This document shows, piece by piece, positions 62,401 through 64,000 of a DNA stretch of 64,000 nucleotides (the stretch's first letter is position 1; the number at the start of each line of letters is the position of its first letter). Origin of the DNA: Tubulanus polymorphus (Eukaryota; Animalia; Nemertea); NCBI RefSeq assembly GCF_964204645.1, contig NC_134035.1:4836001-4900000 (forward strand). Reading direction: 5' to 3'. The notes beneath the pieces are model-generated. The model was given only the letters and a program-made list of their open reading frames with translations, ran no database searches and had not been told where the DNA came from. The position numbers were made by a program, and so were the translations under genes.

Positions 62401-64000
62401 ACGTCAATACAATGAGGGATATGATGTCGCGGGAGATTCCCTGTATGAGGCATGGAAATCCCTGAAATCAAACGAAATTAACATTCATTCCAACATTTTC
62501 AACAATTCATCATCGCCAGGTGAGACTCAAATGAAATGGGTCTGTTTGATTCAACTAATTGTTAGAACGTGAAATTACCTTTCTAATCTCATTTTCAAGC
62601 TGACTCGGACAAGGATGTTTTAAAATATCCGATTGTGGAAAGTCGTCGCTCGAAAAATCGCACAGAAGATTCGAAACGATATTTCATCCTCACAGCAGAT
62701 GATGCCTATGCGAAAGCTCTCGAGAAAAATCGGAAAAAAGAAGAGAAAGAAAACAAGAAATTAGAACGACAAGAGAGAAATAAGAAATGTGCAACAAGTG
62801 TAAGTTTCAGGGACAACCTCCGGTCGAGTTGTGAGTTCATTCATTTCCCGGTACATGGTGATGATTCTTGACCTGCTAGGTACTTAGTCTATAAATATTT
62901 CAGGCGTCCTCAAGACCAGTGGAGTCTCCTGTCGAGGAAAAAAAAAACGAAAATCGTGTAGTTGAGGTAGGCCTATGAAAATTAAACATTTAATGAAATA
63001 AGGTTTTTTGGAATTTAAAATTGAGAAGGGCTACAATGTGTATCTGAATTTCAGGATCCTGTGAGTGTGCCTGAAACAAGTGGCGTGAACTTGATTCACG
63101 AGATCAATATAAGGTAAATTACTACATGCTTAGCTTAAAAACATGTAATAGGCCTACCTGGTTAATAGTGATGAATAATCTATCATTACTGGGTAATTAT
63201 CATTGTAGTGAAGGTTCATATGTAGCCCTATACCAAGAGGGCCAGAAAGGCAGAAAGCACCTTTACTTCGGAGTGGTATGTTTCATCGGCTAAATTTTAA
63301 CTGAAAAAAAGGAGAAATAGAATTCATGTACGGATAGTTATATATTCAACTATTTGCAGATTCTGGAAATATCGAATGACGGAGAAACAATGTCGGTGCA
63401 ATTTTTGGAACAATATTGCAATAAAAATCTGTTCGTTTGGCCGGACGTGGAGCTCATAGAAGATCATCCGGTTGAAAATATTGTAAACAGCTTGGAACCA
63501 CCAGAAGTAGTGAACACAAGGATTCAGATGGTTTTCCGGGCTGCCGAATTTGTGAAAAGTTGCGATTTATTTGCTTGCATATGTACATAAATGTTTTACT
63601 GTAGGCCTACTGTTGATAATATATGCACGTATTTGTTGTTAAGAAAAAATTATTTAAATCATTAAAGTTATTTCTGTTATTGGCTACGATTATGTATTAT
63701 CTCTTTATTCTACAGTCGTAAGATGTTTTATAATATTTATTAGCCTACCGGCACCAGTAGGCCTATTTAGTTGTGCAATAAAAATGTGCTGTTGTTAGTG
63801 TTTTGCCTTTAATAGACCTACATACATTCTCAGTTTTCCATTTTATTACCTTCTTATCTAACGGTCCTCCTTTCAGGTGTGATGAATTTTAGGATCAATT
63901 TCCCAAGCCAAACATTCTTCGTGTTTGCATGATTAAGCAGTCATCTCCCGTCACTTACAGTCTAGGCCACCGTTTGATTTCCAACGTGACAACCATGTAG
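59494..64000 (+). mobile_element. pogo-superfamily (DD35D) DNA transposon, probably within ETNK intron 1; right end not seen
   Basis: Putative left end TA|GGGTAACTCACTGTAATTTCGGAAG; subterminal (A)ATTTCGGAA-like repeats at ~59507, 59527, 59896, 59939 and inverted at ~59951; transposase downstream. Confidence 0.65.
60251..63590 (+). CDS. Intact 12-exon pogo-type transposase (~690 aa): HTH_psq, CENP-B-type HTH, DDE_1 (DD35D), C-terminal Tudor/SH3-like domain
   Basis: Exons 60251-60565, 60664-60896, 61054-61258, 61349-61536, 61615-61852, 61932-61997, 62312-62519, 62600-62799, 62904-62966, 63055-63113, 63209-63275, 63360-63590, all in phase; motifs [73 protein letters not shown]. Confidence 0.9.

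Overview
Eukaryotic, AT-rich, intron-rich DNA from an invertebrate animal (probably a marine spiralian; this is inference). 0.65-14.2 kb is a ~100-bp satellite array with higher-order structure and two insertions. 14.2-21 kb holds a duplicated harmonin fragment, an 81-bp tandem array between diverged inverted repeats, and a frameshifted Gly/Asp-rich pseudogene-like region. A 21-exon harmonin (USH1C) gene (minus, 21304-42848) has a secreted-protein gene nested antisense in one intron and lies head-to-head with FKBP4/FKBP52 (plus, 43474-51306). An ethanolamine kinase gene (minus) lacks exon 1 in this window, and the sequence upstream of its first visible exon carries an intact 12-exon DD35D pogo-type transposase. 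Main leads: (1) FKBP4 appears to have a C-terminal tail of seven phase-1 exons encoding four His-Pro...Cys-Pro-His modules, a candidate heme/metal-sensing tail on an Hsp90 co-chaperone; (2) three families of short, often palindromic retro-insertions carrying Penelope-type minimal hammerhead ribozyme motifs; (3) the intron-rich transposase with a C-terminal Tudor/SH3-like domain; (4) a minisatellite derived from a SINE segment. All exon models were read by hand from splice sites and phase; no database searches were run.
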